55,125 nt of DNA from a virus. Lineage: Duplodnaviria > Caudoviricetes. Below, piece by piece: positions 37,509 to 47,382 of the stretch. The position numbers were made by a program, and so were the translations under genes. Numbering within the stretch: position 1 is the stretch's first letter; every line of letters starts with the position of its first letter. The notes below the pieces were generated by a model. That model was not told the origin of the DNA. It made no database searches and was given only the letters and a program-made list of their open reading frames with translations. The DNA is taken from positions 1 to 55,125 of the IMG/VR virus record IMGVR_UViG_3300034351_000046; one strand, 5' to 3'.

Positions 37509-38999
37509 ATGCTTTGCATTCTGCCAGTCTATAAAAACGACGTTTCCAGACTCCAAAACCTGCTGAAGTGGATCCACCAGCTTGGTGGATGCGCCGGCCA
37601 CCAAGCCACCATTGTGGCCGATGCCGGAACCCCCGCCGACCAGGTGTTCGAGTTAAGGAAGCACGCCCAGCTTGTATTCGATTCAGTTTCCATTGAAACC
37701 ACAGACCGAGAAGTCAAAGGTTGGCCGCAAGGGCCCAATGAATTGTTTCTGGCAGCCGCGCGTCACGCAAGCAAGCGCAACACACATTGGCTTTTCCTGG
37801 AACCCGATTCAGTCCCACTTTCACCAGGCTGGCTTGATAAAATTGACATCTACTATCGAGCCAAAGGCGCCATCTATCTTGGCCAACTTGTCCCTTGCGG
37901 CAAACCTGGGCTTCCCCCCGTGCATTTCACTGGCGTGGGTGTATACCCCTCCTATGCCATCCTGAACCTGGAATGGAGTATCCGCAAAAACCCGGATGTG
38001 GCTTTCGATATTTCAACGGCCGATGTGATCGTGCCACGGGCCATGCATTGCGAGCTCTTTCAACACCTCTGGGGCGAGGTTGGCAATCCTCCGACTTTTG
38101 CTCACAAGGGAATACCCGGAACCGCTACATTTGGTTTAGACTACCTGCAAAAGGATGCCGTACTGTTTCATCGGACCAAAGACGGCAAGCTGATTGAACT
38201 CCTGCGCCGCCGCGCCGGCCTGGTGGATTTTCCAGAAGTCCAAAAGCCATTCATTCAGCTTGGACGCTTTGGCGACATCATCCTGCTTTTGCCATCCATG
38301 AAGTACATTTATGACGCTACAGGCGTGCGGCCAAAGATGATCGTTTCCAAGGATTATGGATCCGTTTTAGACGGTGTCTCCTATGTTGATAGATTCAGCC
38401 TGCCCGTCCACTGGTATATGGGAATGCCAAAGGCCCGTGAATTTGCCGAGCAAAAGTTTGGTGGCGCAACAGTCACCCAATGTCACGGCCATCAGTGGGG
38501 CGTTGACATAAAGAAGTGGCCATCTTTTATGGTCTCTATGATTGATCGGACTGGCGTGCCTATGGATCTTTTTCACAAATTGCCATTAGTGTTCGACCAA
38601 CGGGATCCAGGCCGAGAAAAAGCTGCCACTCCAAGACTCAACGGGAAGTCCTATATCCTTATCAACACCGTTGGTGTTTCCAGTCCATTCCCGCACGGCA
38701 ATAAAGTTTTTTCCGCTCTCAAGCATCTAACCAACCGGGTGGCCTTGATCGACATGAGCCGAATAAAGTGCCATCGGATTTACGATCTGATTGGGGTCAT
38801 GGATAACGCAGTTGGGTTAATCACAACCGACACGGCAACTTTGCACCTGGCCCACGGGGCACGCTGTCCATACATCGCACTGACTGTGGATGGGTGGTGC
38901 AGCTCAGTTCCAAGGGGAAACTGCCAGCTGGAAATTAAGTACTCACGCTTCATGGCATCCCTATCAGCCATGGTAAAGATAGTGGAGGGATGGCTATGA
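37509..38999 (+). CDS. Two-domain glycosyltransferase (GT-A-like plus GT9-like)
   Basis: N-terminal FLEPDSVP (DxD-like); C-terminal LGRFGDIILLLP and TTDTATLHLA, both GT9 hallmarks. Confidence 0.8.
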   Translation: MLCILPVYKNDVSRLQNLLKWIHQLGGCAGHQATIVADAGTPADQVFELRKHAQLVFDSVSIETTDREVKGWPQGPNELFLAAARHASKRNTHWLFLEPDSVPLSPGWLDKIDIYYRAKGAIYLGQLVPCGKPGLPPVHFTGVGVYPSYAILNLEWSIRKNPDVAFDISTADVIVPRAMHCELFQHLWGEVGNPPTFAHKGIPGTATFGLDYLQKDAVLFHRTKDGKLIELLRRRAGLVDFPEVQKPFIQLGRFGDIILLLPSMKYIYDATGVRPKMIVSKDYGSVLDGVSYVDRFSLPVHWYMGMPKAREFAEQKFGGATVTQCHGHQWGVDIKKWPSFMVSMIDRTGVPMDLFHKLPLVFDQRDPGREKAATPRLNGKSYILINTVGVSSPFPHGNKVFSALKHLTNRVALIDMSRIKCHRIYDLIGVMDNAVGLITTDTATLHLAHGARCPYIALTVDGWCSSVPRGNCQLEIKYSRFMASLSAMVKIVEGWL

Positions 39000-39661
39000 T
39001 TTATCACGTTTACTCCAGCTACGTCCCCCAAAACAAAGACACACTCCGAAGGATGACTTTGGCCAAAAAAACCTGGGACATCCAACCGTGGGTTGATCTT
39101 CCAATAGTCGATCGCCAGGTGAAGTGCTACACAGACTACAAGGGAAAAGTGCCATACGTTAAGGACATTTTGCGTGCGGCCTCAGAGGGGAAGAAGGTTG
39201 AAGATATTTTTGTTTTTACAAACTCAGATATCTGCGTGTCATCGGATTGCTGCTTCAAAATCACAATGGCCCTTCAGAGCATCGATGCGGCTTACTGTTT
39301 CCGGCGCGATTTCAATAGGATCGAAAAGATCATTCCCGATGAGGTGATCCCAAGGGGGCAGCATTATGTCGGAAGTGACCTTTACGCTTTTCGCCTTGGT
39401 TGGTGGTTAAAATATGGCCCTGAGTTTCCGAATCTGTTGCTGGGGCGCGAGGCCTGGGACTCTGTTCTCAGAATCCTCATCGAGCAGACACACCCAGGCC
39501 AGCAGGTCACTCTGCACAACCTGATCTACCATGAACGGCACGCCTCGGTTTGGGAGAATCCGCACAACCGGCGCACGATCCCGAGCCAGATGCACAACGT
39601 CAGTCTGGCCCGTGATTTTTGCTACCAAGTGGGATTTGATCCGCGCAGGATTGGCCTATGA
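38990..39661 (+). CDS. Putative glycosyltransferase (GT-A-like)
   Basis: PYVKDI, FTNSDI, GSDLYAF, WD and YHERH motifs. Confidence 0.65.
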   Translation: MAMIYHVYSSYVPQNKDTLRRMTLAKKTWDIQPWVDLPIVDRQVKCYTDYKGKVPYVKDILRAASEGKKVEDIFVFTNSDICVSSDCCFKITMALQSIDAAYCFRRDFNRIEKIIPDEVIPRGQHYVGSDLYAFRLGWWLKYGPEFPNLLLGREAWDSVLRILIEQTHPGQQVTLHNLIYHERHASVWENPHNRRTIPSQMHNVSLARDFCYQVGFDPRRIGL

Positions 39662-40317
39662 GATTTGACCTCGAAGAAATCCACGGCCTCCTACTCCCGC
39701 GCAAAGACAGAGCCGCATGCGTTCACATCCGCAAAACAGGCAGGCTTGCCTGGAATCCCAAGTTTAACAATTTGCCGGCCTGGAAGAAGCTCAAGCCGGG
39801 ATCTGTGGTGTTCGATGTGGGGGCTTTTGTTGGGGATACTGCCAAAGTGTTTTTGGATCTGAAATGCGAGGTCCACGCCTTCGAGCCGCGCCCGGAGTCC
39901 TTCATATGCCTGCTCCACAACTGCCCGGAAGCACACTGTTACAACGTGGCCTTGGGTGATCACACCAGGTACTCGACAACCACCAGGGGCGGCAACATGG
40001 GAGGCGCCTCATTGCTGCCAGGTGACAAATACAGCATCCGGCTGGATGACCTTCAGGTCAGGCGCATGGATGTTCTAAAGATCGATGTCGAGGGATTCGA
40101 GATGAAGGTTTTGGAGGGAGGCGTTAAAACGGTTAATCGACTTCGACCATTGATCCACATTGAAATCAACACAAACGCTCTGGAAAGATTTGGTGTCACC
40201 CCCGATTCAGTGACCCATTTGTTGCGAAGATTAGGGTATGGGAGCCAACTTGAGGTCCATCGATGCGTTGAAGCCCATACCACACATTGGGACTTAGTTT
40301 GCCGCCACACATCATGA
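39658..40317 (+). CDS. FkbM-family methyltransferase
   Basis: FDVGAFVG, AFEP and LKIDVEGFE motifs. Confidence 0.9.
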   Translation: MRFDLEEIHGLLLPRKDRAACVHIRKTGRLAWNPKFNNLPAWKKLKPGSVVFDVGAFVGDTAKVFLDLKCEVHAFEPRPESFICLLHNCPEAHCYNVALGDHTRYSTTTRGGNMGGASLLPGDKYSIRLDDLQVRRMDVLKIDVEGFEMKVLEGGVKTVNRLRPLIHIEINTNALERFGVTPDSVTHLLRRLGYGSQLEVHRCVEAHTTHWDLVCRHTS

Positions 40318-40724
40318 GCCACCTCGATTCAAAGAACCTACCGGAAAACATCCGCAAGTGCATGGAGCCCCGAGTCCGCAAGGAGCTCAAGACACCCACC
40401 CTGATGGAGGTCTTCGCAAAGGAAGACCGAAAGAGGGAGCTCGACATGCACAAGGACTTCGAGGCCTGGTTGCGGCTCAATGAAATCCCGTTCGTCCACA
40501 GCCGCACCGACAAAAAGTCAACCACGGCCGTTGGAACCCCAGACTTCGTAATTCTCCTCGAGGGGAGGGGATTCGCGATCGAGCTCAAGGGCCCCGGAGG
40601 CAGGCTCACAGCAGAACAAGAAAAGACACTATTCCACTGGACCCAGAAAGGCGTGCCATGCCTGGTGGCAACAACCTTAACGGGCGCCATCGACTTTACC
40701 AAAAGCCAACTGGGGCTCGGCTAA
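40314..40724 (+). CDS. VRR-NUC-type nuclease (resolvase-like)
   Basis: GTPDF...AIELK..GGRLTAEQ. Confidence 0.85.
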   Translation: MSHLDSKNLPENIRKCMEPRVRKELKTPTLMEVFAKEDRKRELDMHKDFEAWLRLNEIPFVHSRTDKKSTTAVGTPDFVILLEGRGFAIELKGPGGRLTAEQEKTLFHWTQKGVPCLVATTLTGAIDFTKSQLGLG

Positions 40725-41062
40725 ATGAATTTGGGCGTCACCTGCTTGGCCACTTCGTTGATGATCCTGCCGGCAGTCACCCGAAGAGCCTCATGGGCCA
40801 CCCAGGTGTCCCCGGATCGAAATCGAGCCCTTTCCCCCACCGCCAAGCCCTTTTTGATCCGGTAGGTAACCTGCCCCTTGGTTAAGCCAAGATCATTGGC
40901 TATGGCCTGGGTGGTCCAGCCGTTCTTGGCCCGGATCAGAACCTGGACCTCCTCAACAGCTGTTTCAAGGCTGGCAGATCCTCGAGTTATTACGAATCGG
41001 ATTTTATGGCGGTTGGCCTTCCCGTTGTGCGACTTCGGAGATTTGACCTTAGTCATATTCAC
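40721..41062 (-). CDS. Helix-turn-helix protein
   Basis: GWTTQAIANDLGLTKGQVTYRI. Confidence 0.75.
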   Translation of the reverse strand: MNMTKVKSPKSHNGKANRHKIRFVITRGSASLETAVEEVQVLIRAKNGWTTQAIANDLGLTKGQVTYRIKKGLAVGERARFRSGDTWVAHEALRVTAGRIINEVAKQVTPKFI

Positions 41063-41069
41063 ACCTTGT

Positions 41070-41435
41070 TCACACCACCTTATTGGCAGCCATCAAGGCG
41101 ATAGCTAGTTTGTCCAGATCCAGGCCGCAACAAGGGCAATGGTGCAATTCAACCGAGGTCCCATTCTGGTAGACATTGACGCGCCGGGGTGAAGGATTGC
41201 CGGCCTTTAACATGGCCCGACGATCCCGCTGGTATTGCCGGCGCCGTTCCTTCTGCTCCTCGGTTAAGGGCTTCCGCTCATTGGTGCCCTCTGGTGCATC
41301 CTGGTGCCTCTTGGTGTCATGCCCGTTTTTGATGTTTCCATGCACCCTGCCTTGGTGCATCCGAAGGGCCCTTTCGGCCTGTTTTTTGGGGCGGTTGGAT
41401 GAAGTCCAACCACATTGTTCACATCTTGTTCGCAT
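41070..41435 (-). CDS. C2H2-like zinc-finger protein
   Basis: CEQC...HQGRVH and HCPCCG; AAAACCACAG leader. Confidence 0.7.
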   Translation of the reverse strand: MRTRCEQCGWTSSNRPKKQAERALRMHQGRVHGNIKNGHDTKRHQDAPEGTNERKPLTEEQKERRRQYQRDRRAMLKAGNPSPRRVNVYQNGTSVELHHCPCCGLDLDKLAIALMAANKVV

Positions 41436-41465
41436 AGCGTCTGTGGTTTTGGTTAATAACTTTTT

Positions 41466-41521
41466 AGGACAGTTAAGTCCTGTAAAGACAAAGACTCTGC
41501 TCAATTTGTCTTTACAGTCAA
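41466..41521. promoter_or_regulatory. Divergent promoter/operator region
   Basis: AT-rich; perfect 13-bp inverted repeat CTGTAAAGACAAA (41480-92) / TTTGTCTTTACAG (41505-17); a smaller AGGAC/GTCCT repeat. Confidence 0.65.
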
Positions 41522-41582
41522 GTTTTAACGTAAAGATTTGGCTTGCTTCCCCAGGAAGCCGCCCAAAAATGGGCACCTCATT

Positions 41583-41756
41583 ATGCCGCCCCAAAAATCG
41601 AAACCCCAAAAGACGATCCTTAAAAATTTCCGGTGTCCGACAGAGGTCGACCGGTGGATGCGAACCCACTGCAAGGAGAAAAATATCACTCAAACAGAGA
41701 TGATCCTTTTAGCTCTTTGCGCCAAATACCCCAAACTGAAAGGATGCCTTCAATGA
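41583..41756 (+). CDS. Ribbon-helix-helix (Arc/CopG-like) regulator
   Basis: ILKNFRCP strand, then two helices (VDRWMRTHC, ITQTEMILLAL). Confidence 0.65.
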   Translation: MPPQKSKPQKTILKNFRCPTEVDRWMRTHCKEKNITQTEMILLALCAKYPKLKGCLQ

Positions 41757-41947
41757 GTGAAGCCAAAGAGAATCAGGACGATCTGCTTACGTATAAAGAA
41801 GCGGCAAAAAAGCTTGGGTGCTCAGTCCCCACATTGCGCCGGATGGTCAGGGAAAAGAAAATCCCCGTGATCGTCCTAAGCAACCAATTTAAACGATTTC
41901 ATTACCCCACAGTTCTGCAACACATAAAAAACAACCCGTCCGACTGA
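41753..41947 (+). CDS. Excisionase-like HTH_17 protein
   Basis: LLTYKEAAKKLGCSVPTLRRMVREKKIP. Confidence 0.85.
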   Translation: MSEAKENQDDLLTYKEAAKKLGCSVPTLRRMVREKKIPVIVLSNQFKRFHYPTVLQHIKNNPSD

Positions 41948-42018
41948 CAAAGACACTACTCTTCGATTGAAAATCGAGTTTCTTTGGGGGCTCGGGAGGG
42001 ACCAACATCCACAAAAAC

Positions 42019-43050
42019 ATGACTGAAAATCCGTTATACGCAAACCTAGAAGAACGCATCGAGGCCATTGAAAGACTCGGTGCCATTTGGGCTCGATCCG
42101 GCGCGTTTAAATGCGATCGAGTCGAGCAGGGCCAGGCGATTCTGTCCTTCTGCATGGGCAGCGGCATCACGCCGCTCGAATACCTGGCCACCTACCACAA
42201 CATGGCCGGCAAGCCCCAGAAGCTGGCCTTGGCCTGTTTGGCCGAAATCCGAATGAAGGGCGCCAAGCACAAATGGCTCAGCGCATCGGATGACCGTGAA
42301 AAAGCCATTCTGGAGATCACCTTCGAGGGTGCCACGGTCAAAGTCCAATACACCATCGAGGATGCCAGGGCCCAGGGCCTCGTTAAAGCCGACAGCAACT
42401 GGGTCAAGTCGCCCTCCTACATGCTCCGCGCCCGAGCCATCACCACAGCCATTGGAATGCTCGCGCCCGAGATCGTGGCCGGCGCCGAAGCTGCGCCTGA
42501 CGAAGCCCCCCAGGTGGAGAAACCCCTGGATCTGGGCAAAGATAAGCCAGCCGCTCCGCAACAAGAGGAGAAGGAACTGGCTGAAATGGGGCTGGCACCA
42601 GCCACCCCAAAAACAGAACCAGCCGCCCCCAAAAAGGAGCCAGCCAAGCCCAAAAAGGAGCCAGCCAAGCGCCGTTCCATTTCAGTGCCGGCACCCGGAG
42701 AGGAAGAAGGGGAGACCCCAATTCCCCCTCCAACCCGAAAGACGATTGAGCCTGAAGGAACCGCCGAGCCGCCTAAGCCGGTGGAAAAGGTGCAGTTTGG
42801 AGTCGAGGACCTTGACCCCGCTTTAGTTGATGAAATCGGCCGAGTCTGCAACGGACACTTCCTGGCCGTCGCTAATTGGATGATCAAAGAAAAGTGGATC
42901 CCGGCCCCCGACAAGCCGCTCGAGCATGAAGCCTATGCTGCCCATCATCTCCGAGCCACGCTGCCCAAACTAACCAAGCCACGCGCCAAAAAGATCATTG
43001 AGCAAAAAGATGCATTTTTACGCGCAATCACTGAACCCTCAAAACCATGA
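42019..43050 (+). CDS. RecT-like single-strand annealing protein
   Basis: YTIEDARAQGL...NWVKSPSYMLRARA; directly upstream of an exonuclease gene. Confidence 0.7.
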   Translation: MTENPLYANLEERIEAIERLGAIWARSGAFKCDRVEQGQAILSFCMGSGITPLEYLATYHNMAGKPQKLALACLAEIRMKGAKHKWLSASDDREKAILEITFEGATVKVQYTIEDARAQGLVKADSNWVKSPSYMLRARAITTAIGMLAPEIVAGAEAAPDEAPQVEKPLDLGKDKPAAPQQEEKELAEMGLAPATPKTEPAAPKKEPAKPKKEPAKRRSISVPAPGEEEGETPIPPPTRKTIEPEGTAEPPKPVEKVQFGVEDLDPALVDEIGRVCNGHFLAVANWMIKEKWIPAPDKPLEHEAYAAHHLRATLPKLTKPRAKKIIEQKDAFLRAITEPSKP

Positions 43051-44102
43051 AAAAGAAAATCCCAGAACCACCGACACCAAAGTTCAGGCCATCTTCCCTG
43101 CCCATGCTCGGGAAGTGCCCCAAGTTTGAAGGCAAGCCATCAACCTACACCGATGAAGGCACCGAACGTCACGATGCCTTTGCTGAATACTTCCGGGGCA
43201 ACAAGGAGGCCCTGGAGGCACTCAACGATGAATTCCTTGAGAACATGGAGTGGGCAGTCCAGTACGTTGAAACAAGGGCTGCCGTCAATGACTACCCCCT
43301 CGAGATCGAACAACTTAACACCGGCACCCTTCCCAATGGCATGACCGTCCAGGGGACACCGGATCTGGTGTGTGGCCCGGATCTGTTCGATCTGAAATGG
43401 CGTTTCCGATACTACGACCCCCAAATGGCCTGCTATGCCTTCATGGTGCTGGAACGAACCAAACTCCCGGACCTGACCACGCATGTCCTTTACGCCAACA
43501 ACCAGGCCGCACGATCCAGAAAATGGACTATCGAGTCTGCCTGGAAGGAGATCGAAGACATCATCACCATGGTAGAGTCCGCATGGGCCACCGCCACGCC
43601 TTGTGAGTATTGCGGCTGGTGCGCCCGGAACCTGATTTGCGAAGCCTTGATCCAGCAGGTTAATACGGCCATTGCCGCCAACCCCGATTGGAACCTGCCC
43701 CAATGGCACTCCTCGGAAATCAAAACTGGCAAGGACATGGGCCTTGCGTTACGCATCGCGCGTACTCTGTCGGATTGGTGCGAGAGTGTGGAATTCCACG
43801 CCCGAGAAATGGCACTCAAGGAAGGCATGGTGCCCGAGGGATTCAATGTGGTGACCCGTGCCGGTGGCCGCTACATCGATGAGGTCATGGCAGCCTACAA
43901 CGCCATCCGCTTGCCCCAGGATGAATTCCTGAAGGCCTGCGCGGTTAAACCCAAGGCCCTGTTCGATGCCTACGCTCTTTTCCATGGAATGAAAAAGGCG
44001 CCGGCTGAGCGGGATTGCATGGAGAAGCTTGGCCCCCTGGTCAAGCGCAAGCCCAACGTCGTAATGCTCGTTCAAGACAAACCCAAAAAGAAAGACAAGT
44101 AA
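43047..44102 (+). CDS. PD-(D/E)XK Cas4-like exonuclease (DUF2800-like)
   Basis: PSS...CP, GTERH, GTPD, DLK, QMACYA and CEYCGWC motifs. Confidence 0.85.
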   Translation: MKKKIPEPPTPKFRPSSLPMLGKCPKFEGKPSTYTDEGTERHDAFAEYFRGNKEALEALNDEFLENMEWAVQYVETRAAVNDYPLEIEQLNTGTLPNGMTVQGTPDLVCGPDLFDLKWRFRYYDPQMACYAFMVLERTKLPDLTTHVLYANNQAARSRKWTIESAWKEIEDIITMVESAWATATPCEYCGWCARNLICEALIQQVNTAIAANPDWNLPQWHSSEIKTGKDMGLALRIARTLSDWCESVEFHAREMALKEGMVPEGFNVVTRAGGRYIDEVMAAYNAIRLPQDEFLKACAVKPKALFDAYALFHGMKKAPAERDCMEKLGPLVKRKPNVVMLVQDKPKKKDK

Positions 44103-44103
44103 C

Positions 44104-44634
44104 ATGCCAGTTTTCACTGATTCTGATTCCAATTATGAGATCGTGCCCGAAGGGGATTACATCCTCTGCGTGTTCGAGTTTTCAACCGACATCTCATCCG
44201 GCCAGAAAACAGCCGGCGCCGAGCGGTTCAACATCGTGTTCACCGTGGAAGGAACCAATGCCAAGGTGCGCGAAACCTTGATCGATGCAGAGCAGACACT
44301 CTGGAAAATCGATCAATTCGTCAAAGCCGCCGGCATCCGCTCCCTTCAAAAGGGTGATGCGTTTCACTTCGAGCAGGACCGCGCCGAAGAATTAAACGTG
44401 CCGTGGATCAACCCCATGGGCTTGCGCGTGCATGCTCGGGTGGTCGAGGAGACCTACACCTCGAGGAGGTCAGGTAAGCAAGTCACCAAAAATGCCGTGG
44501 CCCTCTACTATACCGATAAGGAACCGCTCAAGCCGAATCCCGAGCTCCGCAACAAACCCACCAGCAAACCCAAACAGGAGGAATCCCAAGAGTCCACCAG
44601 TCCTTGGGATGCCAAGCCCAAGACACCGTTCTGA
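44104..44634 (+). CDS. DUF669-like ssDNA-binding protein
   Basis: VPEGDY N-terminus, terminal PF, and position in the recombination cluster. Confidence 0.7.
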   Translation: MPVFTDSDSNYEIVPEGDYILCVFEFSTDISSGQKTAGAERFNIVFTVEGTNAKVRETLIDAEQTLWKIDQFVKAAGIRSLQKGDAFHFEQDRAEELNVPWINPMGLRVHARVVEETYTSRRSGKQVTKNAVALYYTDKEPLKPNPELRNKPTSKPKQEESQESTSPWDAKPKTPF

Positions 44635-44651
44635 TTCATACCACAGTTCGC

Positions 44652-46172
44652 ATGAAACCCAGGCCCTACCAAACAGAGGCCGTCCTTAAGATTCGACACG
44701 GTTTTAAGGAGTTCAAAAAGCAACTGGCAGTCCTCCCGACTGGCAGTGGCAAAACCATTCTCTTCTCCTGGCTTGCTGAGGAAATCCAGCCGCTCAAGAC
44801 ATTGATTCTTTGTCATCGGCAGGAGCTCCTCACGCAGGCCGTGGAGAAGTTGAGGATGGCCACCGGGATCCGCGCCGAGTTGGAAAAAGCGGAGTGGACT
44901 GCCTCCGCTGAAGCCCCGGTAGTGGTGGCCAGTGTTCAGAGCATGATCCGAAGGCTGGACCGGTGGCCATCTGATCACTTTCACCTGGTGGTAGCCGATG
45001 AGGCCCACCATGCCGTCTCAGAATCCTGGCAGAAGGTTCTGAACCATTTTGACAGCTACGTTTTGGGATGCACTGCCACGCCTGATCGAGCGGACCAACG
45101 CACGCTCGGTGAGTACTTCGAGAACGTAGCTGTCGACATTTCATTGGTACGCCTAATTCGAGAGCAATACCTCTCCAACATCGTCATCAAAAGCGTGCCC
45201 CTTAAAATCGACCTGACCAAGGTCCACCTCCAGGGTGGGGACTTCGATGAGGTGGAGCTTGGCCACCTCCTGGAGCCCTACCTGGTCACGATTGCCCAGG
45301 CCATCCGAGACCACGCAAGTTTCCGCAAGGTCCTCGCCTTCCTTCCACTGATCGATACCAGCCGAAAGTTTGTCGAGGCCTGCCGCCAGGTGGGACTCAC
45401 AGCCAAGCACGTAGACGGTAAATCCCCTGACCGCGCAGAGATCCTCCAGCAGTTCGACAACAACCAATTTGACGTTCTGTCAAACGCGATGTTGCTTGTT
45501 GAGGGCTACGATTCCCCCAGCATCGATTGCATCGTTGTCTTGCGCCCTACCAAGAGCCGGCCGCTTTTCGCGCAGATGGTGGGACGGGGCACTCGGGTCC
45601 ATCCGGCCAAGGAAAACCTGCTTCTGCTGGACTTTCTTTGGCTCCATGAACGGCATCGGATTGTCCACCCTGCCGATCTGATGGCCCATGACGCCGAGGA
45701 GGCTGATATCGTTACCGAGCTCTCCCAGAAGCTCTCTGCCCAGGGCGCCTCGGAGGAACAGCTGGACCTGCTCACCCTGGCCGCTAGCGCCACTGAAGAG
45801 CGCGAACGTAAGTTGCGCGAACGCCTGGCCGAGCTCGCCAGCCGCAAGGCCAAATTCATCAGCCCTGAGCAATTCTGCTTGGAGCATGGCGAGACCGAAA
45901 CGGCCTTCTATGAACCCACCATGAAGTGGGAAGGCAAGCCGATCACACGCAAGCAAATGAAGTATTTGGAACGAACCAAAATCGATCCAGACCTCATTAA
46001 GGGGCGCGGCCACGCCTCCAAGCTCCTGGACGTTATGTTCAAACACAAAGACCTGGAGCTCGCCTCCCAAAAGCAACGGTGGTCCATGCAGCAACATGGC
46101 CACCCAGATCCATGGATGGCAACCAAAGCTGAAGCCAGAAGATTCTTCGCCCAACTCAACCGAAAGAAATGA
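44652..46172 (+). CDS. SF2 DEAH-box helicase
   Basis: RPYQ, LPTGSGKT, DEAHH, TAT, NAMLLVEGYD and QMVGRG motifs. Confidence 0.95.
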   Translation: MKPRPYQTEAVLKIRHGFKEFKKQLAVLPTGSGKTILFSWLAEEIQPLKTLILCHRQELLTQAVEKLRMATGIRAELEKAEWTASAEAPVVVASVQSMIRRLDRWPSDHFHLVVADEAHHAVSESWQKVLNHFDSYVLGCTATPDRADQRTLGEYFENVAVDISLVRLIREQYLSNIVIKSVPLKIDLTKVHLQGGDFDEVELGHLLEPYLVTIAQAIRDHASFRKVLAFLPLIDTSRKFVEACRQVGLTAKHVDGKSPDRAEILQQFDNNQFDVLSNAMLLVEGYDSPSIDCIVVLRPTKSRPLFAQMVGRGTRVHPAKENLLLLDFLWLHERHRIVHPADLMAHDAEEADIVTELSQKLSAQGASEEQLDLLTLAASATEERERKLRERLAELASRKAKFISPEQFCLEHGETETAFYEPTMKWEGKPITRKQMKYLERTKIDPDLIKGRGHASKLLDVMFKHKDLELASQKQRWSMQQHGHPDPWMATKAEARRFFAQLNRKK

Positions 46173-46819
46173 ATAAAACAATCTACATCCCACCGAAGCG
46201 AGTTAAACGCATCGACAGACCGCTTGCCGTTTTGGCGATCAGAGACTGGAAGGCAGTAACCCTGGAAAATCCAGGCCCCGTTCTCTTCGATCCACCAATG
46301 AAGATCGATATCACTTTCGGGTGGACGGATCTGACTCGCTATAAAAGAGCCTGCAAGCTGGCATGCCGGCAAAGGATAGAATCCCAAATGCAGGGGCACC
46401 ACCACCATAAAGGAGCAAGAGATGGGGATGCCTGGAGAACCCACATCGAAGGATGTTGTGGCCAGGAACCGATCTCGATCCTCAAAGGTGTTCCACCCAA
46501 CCAAAAATTGAACGTCTTTTTTCATGGGGCCGATGTAGACGGGGATGAAGTTAAAACCAGAGACCGGGATCTAACGGATCGAATTGATCTTTTTGTCGAC
46601 TACGGAGACATCATCATCGACCGCATTTATTGGCTGGTAGTTGGGCGAGCTCCTATCTTCCATGTCTTTGGCTGGATCCCAGGCGATGAACTTAAGAAGC
46701 GCGGGAAGGCGATTTACGTTCCGGGCAGGGGAGACAGCTTTGGGATCAATCAGGCCTTGCTATACAAGGGGATGCCGCCCTACAAAAATCGGCAAATCAA
46801 ACCTGACTCTGAATCATGA
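46169..46819 (+). CDS. Hypothetical PD-(D/E)XK-like phage protein
   Basis: GADVDGDEVKT...VFGWI. Confidence 0.6.
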   Translation: MNKTIYIPPKRVKRIDRPLAVLAIRDWKAVTLENPGPVLFDPPMKIDITFGWTDLTRYKRACKLACRQRIESQMQGHHHHKGARDGDAWRTHIEGCCGQEPISILKGVPPNQKLNVFFHGADVDGDEVKTRDRDLTDRIDLFVDYGDIIIDRIYWLVVGRAPIFHVFGWIPGDELKKRGKAIYVPGRGDSFGINQALLYKGMPPYKNRQIKPDSES

Positions 46820-47382
46820 AAATGAAAATTATCAACGGGCTCCATCGGACCCTCTGCCCCACATTCCCGAGATCCGGCAACACCTTTGTCATGCTGACCC
46901 TGGGTGATTATTTCGGCACTGATCGGTTTCGCTTTGCTGATGTTTACAAGTTTCCTGAACAAGGATTTCAGAAAGACCCAAAATGCGTAATGCAGAAAAC
47001 CCACGATTTTGACTTTGTTGATCAACCCCAAAAGCAATGGAAACAGTTAGTCCAGATCCGCAATCCGCTCGATGCGCTGGCCAGCTGGCAAGTCCTCAAA
47101 ACCAAGGAAGGAACCGCCCCCAACAAACCAAGGCAATGGTGGAAAGAACAAATGGACTACTATGCCAAGTTCGTTAAAAAGTGGATTCTCGACGATGTCC
47201 CAAATCGCCTGGTGGTGACCTACGAAAAGCTGATGGCCGATCCGGTTGGAGTCATGTGTGACATCGTCCTTTTTATAGAGCATGAACCGAGGTCAGTTGA
47301 TTTTGAACGCATGGGGCAAATCGTTGGCATTCGTCTCAAACGCACACAGGGAATTTATCCAAGACCCTATGTCCAACTCTAA
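46816..47382 (+). CDS. PAPS-dependent sulfotransferase
   Basis: 5'-PSB loop FPRSGNT, KTHD, 3'-PB motif RNPLDALAS, and YEKL. Confidence 0.85.
   Translation: MKMKIINGLHRTLCPTFPRSGNTFVMLTLGDYFGTDRFRFADVYKFPEQGFQKDPKCVMQKTHDFDFVDQPQKQWKQLVQIRNPLDALASWQVLKTKEGTAPNKPRQWWKEQMDYYAKFVKKWILDDVPNRLVVTYEKLMADPVGVMCDIVLFIEHEPRSVDFERMGQIVGIRLKRTQGIYPRPYVQL

Noticed and set aside
43047-44102. Cas4 as an adaptation gene for the array
   Set aside because: It sits in a standard annealing protein-exonuclease-SSB-helicase recombination block, 4 kb away; nothing links it to the array.
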